A stretch of DNA of 64,000 nucleotides from Elusimicrobia bacterium RIFOXYA2_FULL_39_19 (GTDB lineage: Bacteria; Elusimicrobiota; Endomicrobiia; CG1-02-37-114; XYA2-FULL-39-19). Numbering within the stretch: position 1 is the first letter of the stretch; every line of letters starts with the position of its first letter. Made by a program: the position numbers and the translations under genes. The notes below the pieces were generated by a model, which saw nothing but the letters and a program-made list of their open reading frames with translations, ran no database searches and was not told where the DNA came from. The stretch lies in assembly GCA_001800285.1 (NCBI GenBank), contig MGVC01000075.1, positions 19,058-83,057 on the forward strand. The letters run 5' to 3'. Shown here one piece after another: positions 1-15,000 of this stretch.

Positions 1-3000
1 CAGACCTTTACTTCAATCCTGTAGCCAATGATTCATTGGTTTACTTAAATACTTCAGACAGCTGGGATGTGCATCCGTCAACTAATGCTCTTGAAACGGG
101 TACAACCATCTTCTCGGTTACTCTTGTAACCGCAGGTTCAGCGCACAGAATATATGCGGTGGATTCTGCAATAGCGCCTGACGGTTACTTCCTGTCCACC
201 GATACTTCACCGGTAATTACCGCGGCGCCTAATACAACAAATGCCAACAACTTTGCCCTGCAGATAGTGGCTCCTGGTGTTTCACCGGTGCCCGGCAAAC
301 CACCGTATCCTCCGGATGCTACCGGCGGAAGAAGCGGGTCTCCAAATTATCAGACTGCAGGCCAGGAGTTTGAAGTTACGGTAAATCTTGTAGACCCCTA
401 CTGGAACATAGTAGGTACAGGTTATGACCAGCAGGTCCAGCTGATGAAAATAAATAAAACTGAAGGCCCGGCGGATCAGTACGGTATTTATACTTCTTCC
501 AGGCCGCTTATTAATGGCACTACAACATTTAAATTTGAGTTCAGGACTGCCGGCCCTGCCAGCTTCTCACCGCTAACGTGGTCCAGCTGGACTATAACAG
601 TAAGCGATGTAGATTCTAATCTGCCTAACTATTCTGATGCCGTAACGCCGCTTATCCAGGTCAGCCCCGGCACCAGAAGCAAAATGCAGGTCTTAGTGCC
701 CGGTGAAACCTGGGCGCCCGGAAAAACTACCGGCAAGCTGGGCAAAACAGAAGGCTCTACGCCGGATGTTTATGTGGCTGGTTCCACATTTACTGTTACC
801 GTGCATGCCTGCGACAGTTTCTGGAATGTGGTAGATACCGCGCCGGTTGTCGGCCTTTATCAGCATTATGATGCAGCAAACAATACCGCTGGTGACCCGA
901 ACGCGGCTACAACTACACCGTTAAGCCAGGCTTTGACTAATGGCAGAGGCTTATATATTGCTAAACTCGTAACTGCCACTACTCCGTATGTTGAAACCAA
1001 TACCGGCCCGTGGAGAATGAAGACAACTAATAACCTGGGCATGACTAACTGGGATGATGAAACCCAGAACTACGGAACAACCCAGCTATTGAAAGTCCGC
1101 GCGGCGGCTCCTACTAAACTGCTTACCCTGGTGCCCAGCCAGACAGCGCGCCTGGGTGTGGGTTCCGGAAGACAGGGAACTGTTGCCACTCAATTTGCAG
1201 GCCAACAGTTTGATGTTACAGTTTATGTAACTGATGAAATGTGGAACGTGGTAACCGGTACAGGTGCAACTAATGTCACTCTTACAACAACTGATCCTTA
1301 TGATGATGAAAGCGGATACTCCGGAGCTACAACACTGGGCCGTGCGCTGATACCTGTTACCTTTTCAAGAGGTATGGATGAACAGTACTCAATTACAGCC
1401 TCCACTTCCACAGGCAGGCCGGAAGCCTATGCTTCAAATACATCTGATCTTATCACTTCCAGGTACTGGACTGCCACAAAACTGCAGATAATAGTCCCCG
1501 GCGAAACGGCTGAGCCCGGCAAAATGTCAGGCCAGGCAGGCAAACTGGACAGTTCTAATCCTTCAAACCAGGTAGCAGACGAAATGTTCCGTGTTACCAT
1601 AAACATTACCGATGACAGGTGGAACCCGGTACCTACTGCCGGCTCAAAAGTAAAACTTATATCCAATGATATTTATTTCTCCACCATAACCAATCAGGAC
1701 ATTGCCGGCGGAACCGGTTATCTCTGGCCGAAACTTATGACTGCCACTACTTCCGGCTGGACGCTGAATGTTTCTACTGATGCCGGCGGTTCGGCGCATT
1801 ATACGGCACATACTTCACCGGCTATCAGAGTACTGCCGGGCAATCCTTCAAAACTGCTGGTCAGGGCTCCGGGTGAAAACTTATTGCCCGGTTCCGCTAC
1901 CGGAAAAACAGATGCCCCGAATTATGCTACAGCAGGTACTACAATTACAGTAACTGTTTACGCTACGGACTCAAAATATAATCAGGCCTATTCCAGCGCC
2001 GTGGTGCGTGTCTACACAAATGATTCATACAGTGTAAGTATGTCTTCTAAACAATTAGTTGACGGTACTACAACTTTTGACGTGTTATTCCTTACGGCAA
2101 ATGCTGCGCCGCTTGACGGCACAACCCAGAAATACGCCGTGGTAATTGCCACGCACATGAAAGAGCTGGATGCACCCGGCATAAGCTACACTCTTACTAT
2201 TGGCACTGTTTCTGTGCCGGTAACCCCGGAAAATGGAAAATACTTATTGCTTCTTGTGCCGGGTGAAACCCACGTGCCCGGCAAACCTCCCTATGCACCT
2301 ATTACCAATGCGGGCGGCGGAAAAACAGGTACGCCGAATACACTTTATGCCGGTGTAACTTATTATGCCACGGTATTGGTCTGCGACCCGTACTGGAATA
2401 TTGATATAACTCCAACTGACACTGACCCGTACGTAAAGGTAAGAACTACTGACCCGTTTGATGACTCTTACGAAGCGGCTTCTGGTATTGTTGACGGTGT
2501 GCGCACGTTCAGCTTCAGGCCCCAGAGAGCCACCTTACAGCAGAAAACATTAATTGATAAGACCACCGTGTCAGCCGAACACGATACCGGAACCACTCTC
2601 TTTTCCAGGTCTGAATCCATTGGCCTTGATGTGCTGCCTCAGCAAAATATTCCTCAGTACCCCAGGCATTTACTGGTGCTGGCGCCTAATGAAACACATG
2701 TGCCCGGCTCTACACTGGGCAAACAAAATACTATTTCCAACAAGAAAGCCGGTGAAAAATTCTCTGCCAGCGTTTACGGTGTGGATGCCTTCAACAATAT
2801 CTGCGACGACGTACAGCCCAATATTACACTCACTTCCACAGATGCTAACGATAACACTGCAGCAGGCCAGCCGGAATATTCATGGGATCCGCTTACCCAG
2901 CCGTTGTTTACGGGTACAACTGTATTTAACATTCAGCTGGTTACTGCAAATACGTATCACTTCTTAATAGCTATTGATAATGATGCCACCGTGCCGGATT

Positions 3001-6000
3001 ACGGCTCTGCCTATTCAAGCGGTGTCTACATTGACCCGGGCCGTCCGGATAAACTGCAGGTGCTGGTGCCCGGTGAAACTTCAGTGCCAAATACAGTGCT
3101 TGGAAAATCCGGCACCCCATCAGAAATGCCCAATAAACAATTTAAGGCAGGAGAGTCTTTCTTTATAACAGTAAATGCAACAGATGTGTTATGGAATATT
3201 CAGACTGAGATAAGCCCGAACGTTTATGTGGAATCTTCTGACCAGTACGGCACAAAGAATAATTCCCTTTCTGTAACAAATGGTTCGGAAGAAACTTCTA
3301 TAACAGTTTATAACGCTGAAATGGCAGGACTGACAGGTTACGCCACGCATTACATAAAATCCTATCCGCTTGCAGAAATAAACTATAATGGTGACGATAT
3401 ATTGCTTTCTACCGGCACCAGCTCAGACCTGAAGGTATATCCTGCTCTTGTTTCCCGTTATCATTTAATCGTGCCTAATGAAATTGCTGCCCCGGGCAAA
3501 GGGCCCTATGACGGCACAGGCGGAAAAAATTACAGCGTTTCCTTCCAGACGGCGGGTGTAGTATTCCCTGTAACTGTACGCGCTACAGATAATTACTATA
3601 ACGTCTGTACCACTGCAGTAATCGGAGGCGTGTCTATAACAGTAACAGACCCGTACAGCGGTTATTCCAGAAGCCAGGGCTTAACCCAGGGACAGAATGT
3701 ATGGAACAATGTTTATATGTACACGGCATCCACCTGGGCAGTTAGAGCTGCGGGAAGCCTGGGTACTTTTGATTCAAGCATCTTGAGAATTATTCCTGAC
3801 AGGGCGCAGAGATTAAGAATACTGTCTCCGGGAGAACAGGCAGACCCGGGCAACGTGCCGACACGAGGCAGAAAAACTAATATTTATCCAACCGGCCATA
3901 TGGCGGGCGAATCTTTTGGTGTAACCGTTGATGCTACCGATGATTATTATAATATGGTCTCCACGTCAGGCATCAGGGTAGCCATTACTACGGATGACCT
4001 GTATGATACGCACCCCAGCACAAAAACGCTTGCTTCGGGTACAACGTCATTCCTTGTAACTCTTGTTACCAAGCAGGATACCATTATCACCGCTACCACA
4101 GATTATTGCAGCAATTATAGATATGATTATACCCAGCCAATCGGCATATCAACCAACGTGCCTTACAGAATTCAGCTATTAGTGCCGGGTGAAACCCATG
4201 TTGACGGTAAAATTTCAGGCACACAGCCCGGTAAAACAGAGGATTCCCTGCCCTTATCACAGGTGGCAGGCGCGGCCTTTACTGTAACCGCTTTGTGCGT
4301 GGACCAGTATTACAATCTGACGGATGAAAACCCGTCCATTACAATTATTTCTGATGGTGCAGACGGCGACCCGTATGATACGCCGGCTATCGGCAGAACC
4401 CAATGGCTTTCTAATGGCCAGTATGTATTCTCAGGGCTGGAACAATTTAATTTTGTAACCAGAAATAATGATACAGGAAACGGCTGGAAAATAAGAATGT
4501 CAGCTTTCAGCTGGAGTGAAGGAGAAGGCTATCCGGGCATACTGGCAAATACAATTCCAAGCGAAAGAGTGCCGGTAGCTCCGGGCTTATCAAATAAAGT
4601 TCAGGTGTTAGTTCCCGGCGAATTGTCCAGCTGGGGTAATCAGGCAGGTTACGGAAAAGCTGATGACCCTGCCCTTACAGGTTCCGGCGCTATTGACCAG
4701 ACTGCCGGTGTGGCTTTTGAAATCACCTCTTATGCCGTTGACTCTTATTACAACAGAGCTACAAATACTACTGCCGGCGGCGCTGAAACCAGCCTGTTAA
4801 GTTTAGCTTCCGGCAATCCATACAAAACCTTTACACCTGATTCACAGGCACTGATACAGGATTCAACCATAACCTTTACAGTCACTCTTTACAAAGCGGC
4901 TACATCACAGCTTACCTTAAGCGATACAGAATCTCCGTACATTGATAATGGCGTAAGCAGTGTGCTTGCGTTAAATTCCAGCGCGCCGGTAACTACAGTA
5001 CTATTGCTTCCAAACCAGACTATTGATTCCGGCAAGCCGCCTTATTATCCGTCAGGCTGGGGCGGAAAAACAGGTGCTGTTGCCACCCAGACCGCCGGCA
5101 CCACATTCTATGCTACCGTGCAGGCCGTGGATAAATACTGGAATCCTTACAGCGATGTATCGCTGGTTACCATAAATACACCCGACCAGTTTGATTTTAA
5201 CCCAACAACGGCCGCCTTAAATGCAACCGGCTACAGGGTTTATGACGTAAATATAGTTACCGTAGGCACTTACACTTTAACAGCGTTTGATACTGACGGC
5301 ATAAGCGGCAACGGCTATAACGGCGGCACAGAATTAAATCTGGGTGTATCCTCTCCTGTTTACTGTGCGCCGGGCACACCGTCAAAACTGCTGGTCTTAC
5401 TGCCGGGAGAAAACGGCACGCCCGGTAAACCGCAGAGCGGGAAAACCGGTACTCCAGATACGCAGACTGCTGGTACTGTTTTTGATGTTACCGTACAACT
5501 TACAGATGCCAACTGGAACCGCGTTACTAACGGTACCATGCCTACTATAGAGCTGGCTTCTACGGATGTTTACTGGTCAACGCCTCTGGCAAGGCCGTTA
5601 AACCAGGGCCAATTTATATTTGCTGCACAGTTATTAACAGCCGCCACTCATTCTATCTCAGCTTCCGGCGGAGGTTACTCAGGATTGTCTTCAACCTTCA
5701 CGGTTAATCCAAAAGTTGCCGATCCTATAAAATATCTTGTCATACTGCCGGGACAGGAACAGGTTAACGGCAAATACGGCGCGGCTTTTGAACCTCAGGG
5801 CAGAAGAGGCAATGCAACAGTGCAGATTGCCGGCGCCAGATTTACACCGACTATTTATGCCACAGATGAATACTGGAACAGAATTTCTACCAGCCAGTTA
5901 GTAACCGTAACCATAGATGATGCTTATGGCCAGCTGTCTAATGCAGTGCTTCCTACGGACGATTATTCAGTGTCCGCTACTTTAAGCGTGAACATGACAA

Positions 6001-9000
6001 ACGGTATTGCCGTGGTAAATACGGTGCGTTCAAGAAAAGCCGGCACACATACAATTACTGCCACGGATAATGACGGGGTAGACCCGGCAATAAATCAAAG
6101 CTTAGCCAACACTCTTACGGTAATTTCCGGAGACCCGGAAAGGCTGATGATTTTTGCCGAAGGCGAAGCTTCTGATGCCGGCAGAGCGCCAACCCCGAAT
6201 AATTATCCGAATAATCCTACCGGCGGAAAATCTACAACTGACCTGCCTTACAGCAAGGCAGCCGGAGATCTTTTTGATGTTACAGTAAGAGTAACAGATA
6301 AATACTGGAATATGGCTTCAAGCCAGCAGGCAATAAAAATTTATACCAATGACGGCAATACAGTTTATAATTCAGCGAACAAATATTCAACCGTTGTTAC
6401 AACGGAAGTTATTGTAAACGATATATTCTCCTTTGTGTCAGCCGGCACCAGAGTGCTTTATGTGGAGCATTCATCTTACACCGGGTCCAACTACAACAGA
6501 ACCCAGAATGTCACAGTTACCCCGGGCGCTGCTTCAAGATTGCTTGTAAAAATGCCGGGCCAGACCTTTGATCCGGGCTCAAACCTTGGAAAATTTAACG
6601 ATCCCGCAATTGTTACCCAGACCGCCGGCACATCGTTTGATGTAGAAGTAGCCATTACAGACAGCCATTTCAATATAGTACCGGGTGCCGTGGGAACCAT
6701 GGTGCTTTATACACCTACTGATCCTTATGATGTGGAACCCGCGCAGGTAAATATTACCAACATAGATCCGGGCTACATTCCTATAAGTTTCACCACAGGT
6801 TTAAAACGCGCCGCTACTTACCATTACATAGTTGCAGAAGAACTCTACGGTGCTTATACAAAATATCCTTACAATGCGCCGGATTATGCTATATCCACCT
6901 TCACCGTACTGCCTGGCACGCCGGACCATCTGCAGTTAGTGCTTCCGGGTGAAACGCCGGCATGGGGTTTAAATGTCAGCACTGCCAACGGCAAAACGGG
7001 TTATCCGTCAAACCAGACAGCCGGCGCTATATTTGAAGTAACAGTAAACCTGGTGGACAATTATTACAACACTTATAGCCGTGAAATATTCCCGTCACTG
7101 CCGGCAATAACTATGCCGGAAGTTACTGTGGAAACCAATGACCCTTATGATGCCAACTCATCTACTTCACCGTTAGGTGACATGACCGCCAGCCGTACTT
7201 TCCAGATGCAGTTAGTAACAGCCGCTACCTGGCACATGCTCTGGACCAAGGATGTTGACGGCTCTGACCCGAGATATATTACAGATGTCAGCAGCAGGCA
7301 GTTTACAGTAAATCCTTCTACTCCGGCATTTTTACTTGTGGTGGTGCCGGGTGAAACCCACGTGCCCGGAAAATGGAATATTCCTCCGTATGGCAGGACC
7401 GATACTCAGCCAACTGTGCATCCAGCCGGTGATGCCTTTAACATAGATGTTGTATTAACAGATATCTGGTATAACAGGATTATGTCAGGAGTAGATATGC
7501 CTTCCTGCACGGTAACCACCTGGGATTATCAGGATTCTGAGCCAACCATACAGCGCTTGGCTTCCGGTTCAAGAGCCTTCAGCGTAAGGCCGTTAACTGC
7601 TTCTTCCTCCTGGACCTGCGTGTCAGTTGACTGGTCAACCGCGGCTGTAAAATATACTTCCAAAGAATCCAGCCAGATAAGAATATGGCCGGATGCCGCA
7701 TATTACATGCAGGGCACAAACTATATTGACCCTGTGCGCGGTTCTACCTGGGCTTATGCGGGCGCAGACTATAACGTAAGAGTAAATGTAAAAGACAGAT
7801 ATAATAACTTATGCTCTACCGGAAGCACCAGATATACCGGTGAAGTACAGTTTGTAGCTGAAATAGCTCCTACAAATTTTGTAAATACCCTGCAGAACCC
7901 CGAACCTCTGCCCGGCAGCGGCGGCGAATATTATACCTTCACGGAAGCTGATGCAGGCACGCATTTATTCACCATTAAACTTAAAAAGACCGGTGCCCGC
8001 TGGATAAACTGGCGCCAGAGAACAGATGCCCTTATAGGCACGGACAGATCCGGTTATGTAAATAACCCGGTAATTGAAGTAAGGCCGGGTGACCCGAGCA
8101 AATTTGCCTTTGCCACACCTGACCCGTGGACAGACCCGATCTATGTAAAAGCCGGTACTTCCGGCGGAGTAGCTAACCGCCAGCAGGTAAAAGCGTTTGT
8201 GGCAGATGCCTACGAAAACCAGGTTTCAAGTTCAAATATTTCCGCGGTATTAAGTGTAGTGGATGTATTTGGTTCTTCAGGAACTATAAAAGATGCTTCC
8301 GGCAATGTAATAACTTCTACTACAACCGACAGCAATGGTGAAGTGGGCGGCCTGGGCAAAGAATTGTATTATGAGGTATCAACTACCGGCGGCCATTATG
8401 CCAAGGTGCAGGTATCTACAGCTGCGGGTGCAACCATTACAGGCAAATCTGTAAACATTATGACTACCGGCGGTGATTTATACCGCTTCCAGTTTGTAAC
8501 TACGCCTTCGGACATTGAAGCTTCCGCGGGTAACATAAAATCTACCGTATTTACTTTTGAAAAACGCGATTACTGGAATAATCCTACGGGTGAAACAAAC
8601 ATAGTTTCCTTATCTATCGGCACCCAGCTGAAAACTGATTCACCTTCTGTACTAAATTCACAGAAGAAATATTGGAATAAAACTACCGATACCATGCTGA
8701 GCATGTATGATGTGGCTATACCAAACTGGCCTGCTGCTGTCTGGCCGGTGCCAGCAGCAAATTCACAGGCATCATTTAGATATTCTGATATGTATGCTTC
8801 GTGGCCTGCAGGCGAAGACGGCTCTCAGGGCACGGCTACCGCCGCTCTGCCTGCGCGTCCGTCAATAGGTAAATGGACTGCGAGGGTTGAGTATGGTACC
8901 TATGTAGGTTCAACAACGTTTACTGTAAACCCGGGCGCTATAACTCAGGTAGGTTTTGATGTTATTCCTTCAACCACGCTGCCGTTACTGGCGGGTATAG

Positions 9001-12000
9001 TTTATAACAACCAGAATAGCTTGCAGGTGCTTGAAATAGAAACACAGGATACTTACGGTAACCCGAGGCCGGTAAATGTAACCACTACCATGAACCTGCA
9101 GAGTGATTCCAATGCGAACAATTCACTGCTCATAGATTACCTGCAGCGTTTAACTTTTGAAAATGAAGTAGATGCCATAGCTACCACCGAATACGGCAGA
9201 AATTATTCCTTCTCGCTTACATCATCACCCTGGATGCATACATCAACGGCAGCTATTTCTGCCGGAGCGTATGCCGCACAGTTCTGGTATGCGGATACAA
9301 AAGCGTCCAAGGCTTATCCGCCGTATCATATAGCCACTTCCACTATGCCTCACGTGAAAGCTTTAGGCGGCGGCTGGGAAACACCGGGTTCAGGCCAGTA
9401 TATACCGATAGTTGCCGCGCCTATTAAGAAACTGGCTATCGTATCTCCTCACCAGTCTCTGACGGCCGGTACCACATCACAGGCATTCTTACTGCAGACG
9501 CAGGACAGGTTCTCTAACCCGTCACCGGTAATTACAGGCGAAGAAGTTATGAGCATTTTTGACCTTAATTCAACCGGTATCGGCAGTGTGAGATTTGCTG
9601 CACCTACCCCGGCTTACGGCTGGTTTGCAAAACCTGCCGTAGATATTGCAGTGCTTACTATTGGCGACGATACCACCAGCTTCTACATGATAGATACCAA
9701 AGTGGGCGATTATCAGGTAAGCGCGCAGAACCCGGCAAAGACAGACTGGTCTGTGGCGGTTCAAACCTATTCCGTAACTGCTGCGGCGCCTCAGCATATA
9801 GCTTTTGTAACACCTTCAAGAAGGCTCATTGCGGGTACTACTATTGCTTTTGCCGCAAACGGCGGGGCTTCATTAGGAACAGCTGTGGGCATATCAACCT
9901 ATACGGGTTACAATCCGTTCTCCTCACAGCCTCTGCCTCTGCCGCTGACGCTTTACAGCAACCGCGTGCAGACCATGACGGTTACTTCCATACAATTAAG
10001 AGATGAATTTGATAACGTGGCAACATCCACTGAAACTATAAGCCTTATATATACTTGTGTAAACTCCACCTCTGCGCATGCCGGCGAAAACCCGGTAAAA
10101 GATTTAATGCTCACTGCGGACTGGCCGAGCATCTGCGAGGGCGGATTCCTGCCGGGTATTATTCCTGCGGGAAGCAACGAACATTCAATTTATTTCTTTG
10201 ATACAAAAGCCGGTACCAGCACGCTGAAAGCGGAAGGAACTATGGGCGGAGTGGTATTAGCTCCTGCCCTGCAGGAACAGTATATTACACCTGCCACGGC
10301 CAGGTTCCTGACAGTTCATCATAATTATCCGATGACCAATCCTCTGCCGGTAAATCTGCCGGGAAGCATAACCATAAAAGCCAGAGACCGTTACGGCAAT
10401 CTGGTAACAGGCGACAGCACCAACGGCCAGTACTATAAAGGCATTATCAAATTTACCCATAACGGTTCTTCAACCGCCGTAACGCTAAAAGGTATGCCGG
10501 GAAGCACAACGTTCTATATGTATACGGAAGCTGACCGCGGTACCTGGCAGGGCCTGCAGATAATCAATCAGATGCAGGAATCACTGAAAATAAGCGCTAC
10601 TCATTATGCATCTCCTGTTACCCAGGCGCTGGATTATCCTGTTGAAGGTGAAGTATTCGGCTGGACCAATGACGGACTGAGGGGATTAAGAGAACAATCC
10701 AGCCAGGACCTGGTAACTTCAGGTATAAAAGTAATGCCGATATTAGACCCGGACCATTTATTAAAAAATTCAAATTATTATCCCTCAAGAACCATATCTA
10801 AAAAAGTGTACCAGGGTGACGGCGATATTGTGGAAAACTTCCAGCCGTTTGATATGCTGGGACTTACTATGGTAACCCTGCCGGTGGAAGCTAACCTGAC
10901 GGGAAAACTGGAACAGATAAAAGTAGAAAAAATAGGTAATACGCCGTCAAAAGATATTAGCATGATGTCTCTTTACTATGACTCAAGTCTCAGTTACTTT
11001 TTTGACCCGGAATTGGTATGGCACGGCCAGCCCACAGACACAAAACTTGCAGATGCTGAATATGACGCGGGCACTGATGCGTGGTATTTCAGAAACTTAA
11101 GCGCAAGCCCGATGGCTTCTATAAACACTGTGCCTAAGACCTATTTCATTACCGTGCGCATGTCTACCAGCGCTACTTCCGGCACATATTTTGGGTTGCG
11201 CTTACAGAGCTACCAGTCAATTATAACTTCCGGCACTGTAACAGTAGCGCAGAATAACTTTGAAATAGTTACTACCACCTGGACGGTAGAAAAATCTCCG
11301 CCGAAAGTTTATGCTCAGTTAACAGATATTGCTGCCTATTATCAGCTGGAAGGCACCACTCAGCCGTTTACTTACTCCTACATGCAGCAGGGTGAAAGCG
11401 ATATAGGTATGTTAAAAATAGCATTAAGATGCCCGGAATTCCAGGGAGCTATAAGCGAAATAAATGTAGGCAGAACCGGTACAGGCGAGGATTATGATAT
11501 AGTAGGCACAAAAATATATATGGACGGAAAAGATTCCGGGCCCAATGACGGCAGGATAGATGCCGGTTCCAACCCGGACGGTAATTTACAGCCCGGCGGC
11601 GACGATGCTCTGACGGACTGGGTAGAGTTTACAGACAGAAGCGCCAGGTGCCTGCTTTCAACTCCTCAGCTGATAGAAGCTACTACCAGATATTTCTTTA
11701 TAACCTTTAAGGTGGAAAACTCCGCTACTCCGGGTTATACGCACGGAGCCAAGATAAACGGTATAACACTCTCAGAAGGCACCATGCAGTCTTATGCCTC
11801 TATTGAATCAACAAAAGTTGTTGTCATGCCTACTATTGACGAGGTTAATGTCTACAATGTAAATAAACAGGAAACCAGTGTATCAAGTATAACTTTTGGT
11901 ATAACTAACGTAGTAACCCAGGGTGATAAGAATATTCCTGTTATAAAGCTTACCATGGCTACCGTAAAGAGAACCGGTCTCTGGAGCGGGTTAAGGCTTG

Positions 12001-15000
12001 ACAGGTCCATAAGCAGAAATGCGGGCTCTGGTTCTCCGGACGGAACCATCAGTCTTCCTACGGATGTGGATAAGATACAGCTATGGTATGACAGCAATGA
12101 TAACGGAATGTTTGAAGTTACGGATTCCATGGTTGTTGATCAAAACCAGCAGTACTCTCAGATGGCGTTTCCTGTGTCAGCGCTGCTTGAAGATATTGAT
12201 GCATCAACTGATGTAATTAAAGTTGGCGATATAAATACTTTCTTCCCGCCGTTTTGCTCTGTACCCAGGGCACCGGGGCGCCTGATTATTGATGACAGCG
12301 GTGATATTTCAAAACTTGAAATAGTTACCTATACCGGTGTGGATATGAACCAGAATATGTTTACAGGTGTTTCCCGCGGACAGGATAGGACCTCTGCCAA
12401 AGCCCACGTAAGCGGAGCCATAGTGTCAGGCCAGGCCCGGCTGGATATAGTAGGTACCGTAAGCAGCGTGCAGGAAATTAAACAGACCCCTAAGAATTAT
12501 TTCATAACCTATGACTACAGCCCGATATGTACCGTGGATTCGTCGCTGAAACTCGGCGTGGAAATTCCTTCTACTGGTTATTTCATGATAAATTATCCGG
12601 ATTATGTGGGCAATGTACAGGCGCAGATAGGTTTAAGAGCACCAAGAAATAACCAATGGCTGGGAAGTGAGTGGGTAGCCTCCGGCTGGACGGAATCCTA
12701 CGTGTCGCAGATAAAGGAATATGCTGACGATGTGCTGGTGAAACCTACGGATTATATTTATACGGATAATTTAGTGCAGGGTTCAGTAGATAATGTTTTA
12801 GCCCAGTTTACCATGGAAACGGATATGTCCGAAGCCCAGTGGTATGCGGTCAGAATTTATTCTACAGGCACGGCGGTTTATGACGGCGGCGGAGTGATGG
12901 AGGAAGTGCCGGTAGTAAAAGTCTGGTATGACACAAATAGAAATAATATTTTAAATAAAAGCCCGTTAGAACCCTATGCTTACACAGGAGCGGATTATGA
13001 TATGCTGGTAGGTTCGGACACGTTTGCTAATGCCGGAGATTTAGTGGCAACGGTAATCAGGTTTAATTCTGACAAGATACAGAAAATTATCACGGCCTCC
13101 AGGGCGGGCACTTCAACATCACAAAAATACTTTATAACTTACGATATCAGCGATTCCGCTCTGCCTACAAATCCGGGAAATGGCGAGCCTAAAACTCTCG
13201 GCGTAAGATTTACGGCAGAAAGCTTTCCGACGGATTCTGATAACCTGATTCAGACTGAAGATGATTTTATATCTGAGCCCAATAACTTAGACCCGGCTGG
13301 CCTGCCGTGGCAGAGTGCTTTAAAGAAAATAGTTGCTTCACCGAGAACTGTCTTTATAAAATCCACACCGATATTCTCAGACGAAGATCCGAAAGAAGAA
13401 GGCACGCTCTCTTCTTATGACGCTCCGCGCTTAAAGGGTGACATGACAGCTTCAGCAAATACTTTATACCTGTTCTCTAATGATACTTTAGGCCGTACTA
13501 CTCCGACACTGGGCCTGCCGTCAAGCGGCTACGTGATGTTAGACGGTGAAATAATAAAATATACTTCTAAAGATGCAAATTCTCTGATAGACCTTACCAG
13601 AGGCGTGCTGGGCAGCCTTGCCGTCAGCCATTCTTCCGGTACAGTTTTGGGCGTGCAGATAACGCAGAGTGTGAAAAATTTTGCGGTAGAAAAACTTGAG
13701 TTATGGGTGGACGGTTTCCAGGTAGAAATGGGCACTATTACCATGAACCGTACTATACCGTCAACATTATTAAAAGGCGATGACAGCGATTTGTTAAGCA
13801 TAAAAGTATACCGTGATGATAATGTTAACGGCAGGCTTGACAGGATAGCCGCCGCTGCTTACCGGGGCCAAGTAAGCGCTGATACTCTTGTAGGGTCAGG
13901 TATTTATAACAATACCAAAGCCCAGCTTTACTTAAATGACCCGGTAATTAACAGGAAATATATACTTGTTACCACCACACCCACGGTATATTTCATAACT
14001 TACGATGTCAATCCGTCAGCCAAATTCTCTCATCCGCTGATTTCCTGGCAGAATGAAATGCTGGGTTCTGAAATAACCGATGAAAACAAAATAGGAGTTA
14101 ATAATCCGTCTGCAGATGAAAAACATAAAGTATCTACTTACGTGCCTGTGGGCCTGGGCCAGATTCCTGCCTATCCTATTAGAACAGCCAATATGCCAAT
14201 AGTAGCTACCGTGGATACTATGTACGGCACACCGTCTGATGAACTGGTAAGCCCGGTAGAGCGTTTTGCTGAGAATGTGGCGGTGGTGAAACTTACTATG
14301 CAGACGAATAAAAACTCTGCTCTATGGGATTCCCTGAGAGTTGATATGACAGGCACAGGAGTGGACGCGGATATAAGTAAAGTAAGAATCTGGAAAGTTA
14401 TTTCATCTACGTCGGAATACAGCGTGTTTGAATCAACCGAAATGGTAAACAATGAAATCTGCGGCCTTATGTCTTACGGCAGTGATTTATTTACTGAAAA
14501 AACAGCCACTCTAGTGCTTAAAGCTGAAGAAAAATATTATGAATCAAGGACCATTACTGCGTCGCCAAAAGTATTTTATGTGACTTATGATATCAGCCAG
14601 TTTGCCCAGATAGGAGAGACAGTGGGGGCAAGTATTCTTGACAGGTCTTACTTCTCCGTGCAGGTGCCGGATGAAGTAGAGTTCCTGTGGAACACGGCTC
14701 CATTTATTACAAAAGAAGCCGAAATAAAAGAAGTGCAGAGCACGGTGTTCGCCACCGTGTCAGATAGTGTATATTATGTACACTTTGGCAGCGGCACATT
14801 CCAGTCCCAGCCAAACGTAGATATGATGAGGCTTAAACTGCGCACCGATAAATCCAACTGTGACTGGGAAGCTATTCAGATAGAGCGTACCGGTACCGGC
14901 GGGCCTCAGGACCAGACCAAACCGGAAGGCAGAAATTCTGATGTGAAATACATCAAGATATTCAGAGACGCCAACTTAAGCGGTAGCCTTGATCCTGATG

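Noticed and set aside
36-38. TTG at 36 as the start codon of the giant ORF
   Set aside because: The same frame is open back to nt 3 with no stop, and the upstream residues (DLYFNPVANDS) continue the domain. The protein also lacks any signal peptide at this point, so the gene is truncated by the window edge.
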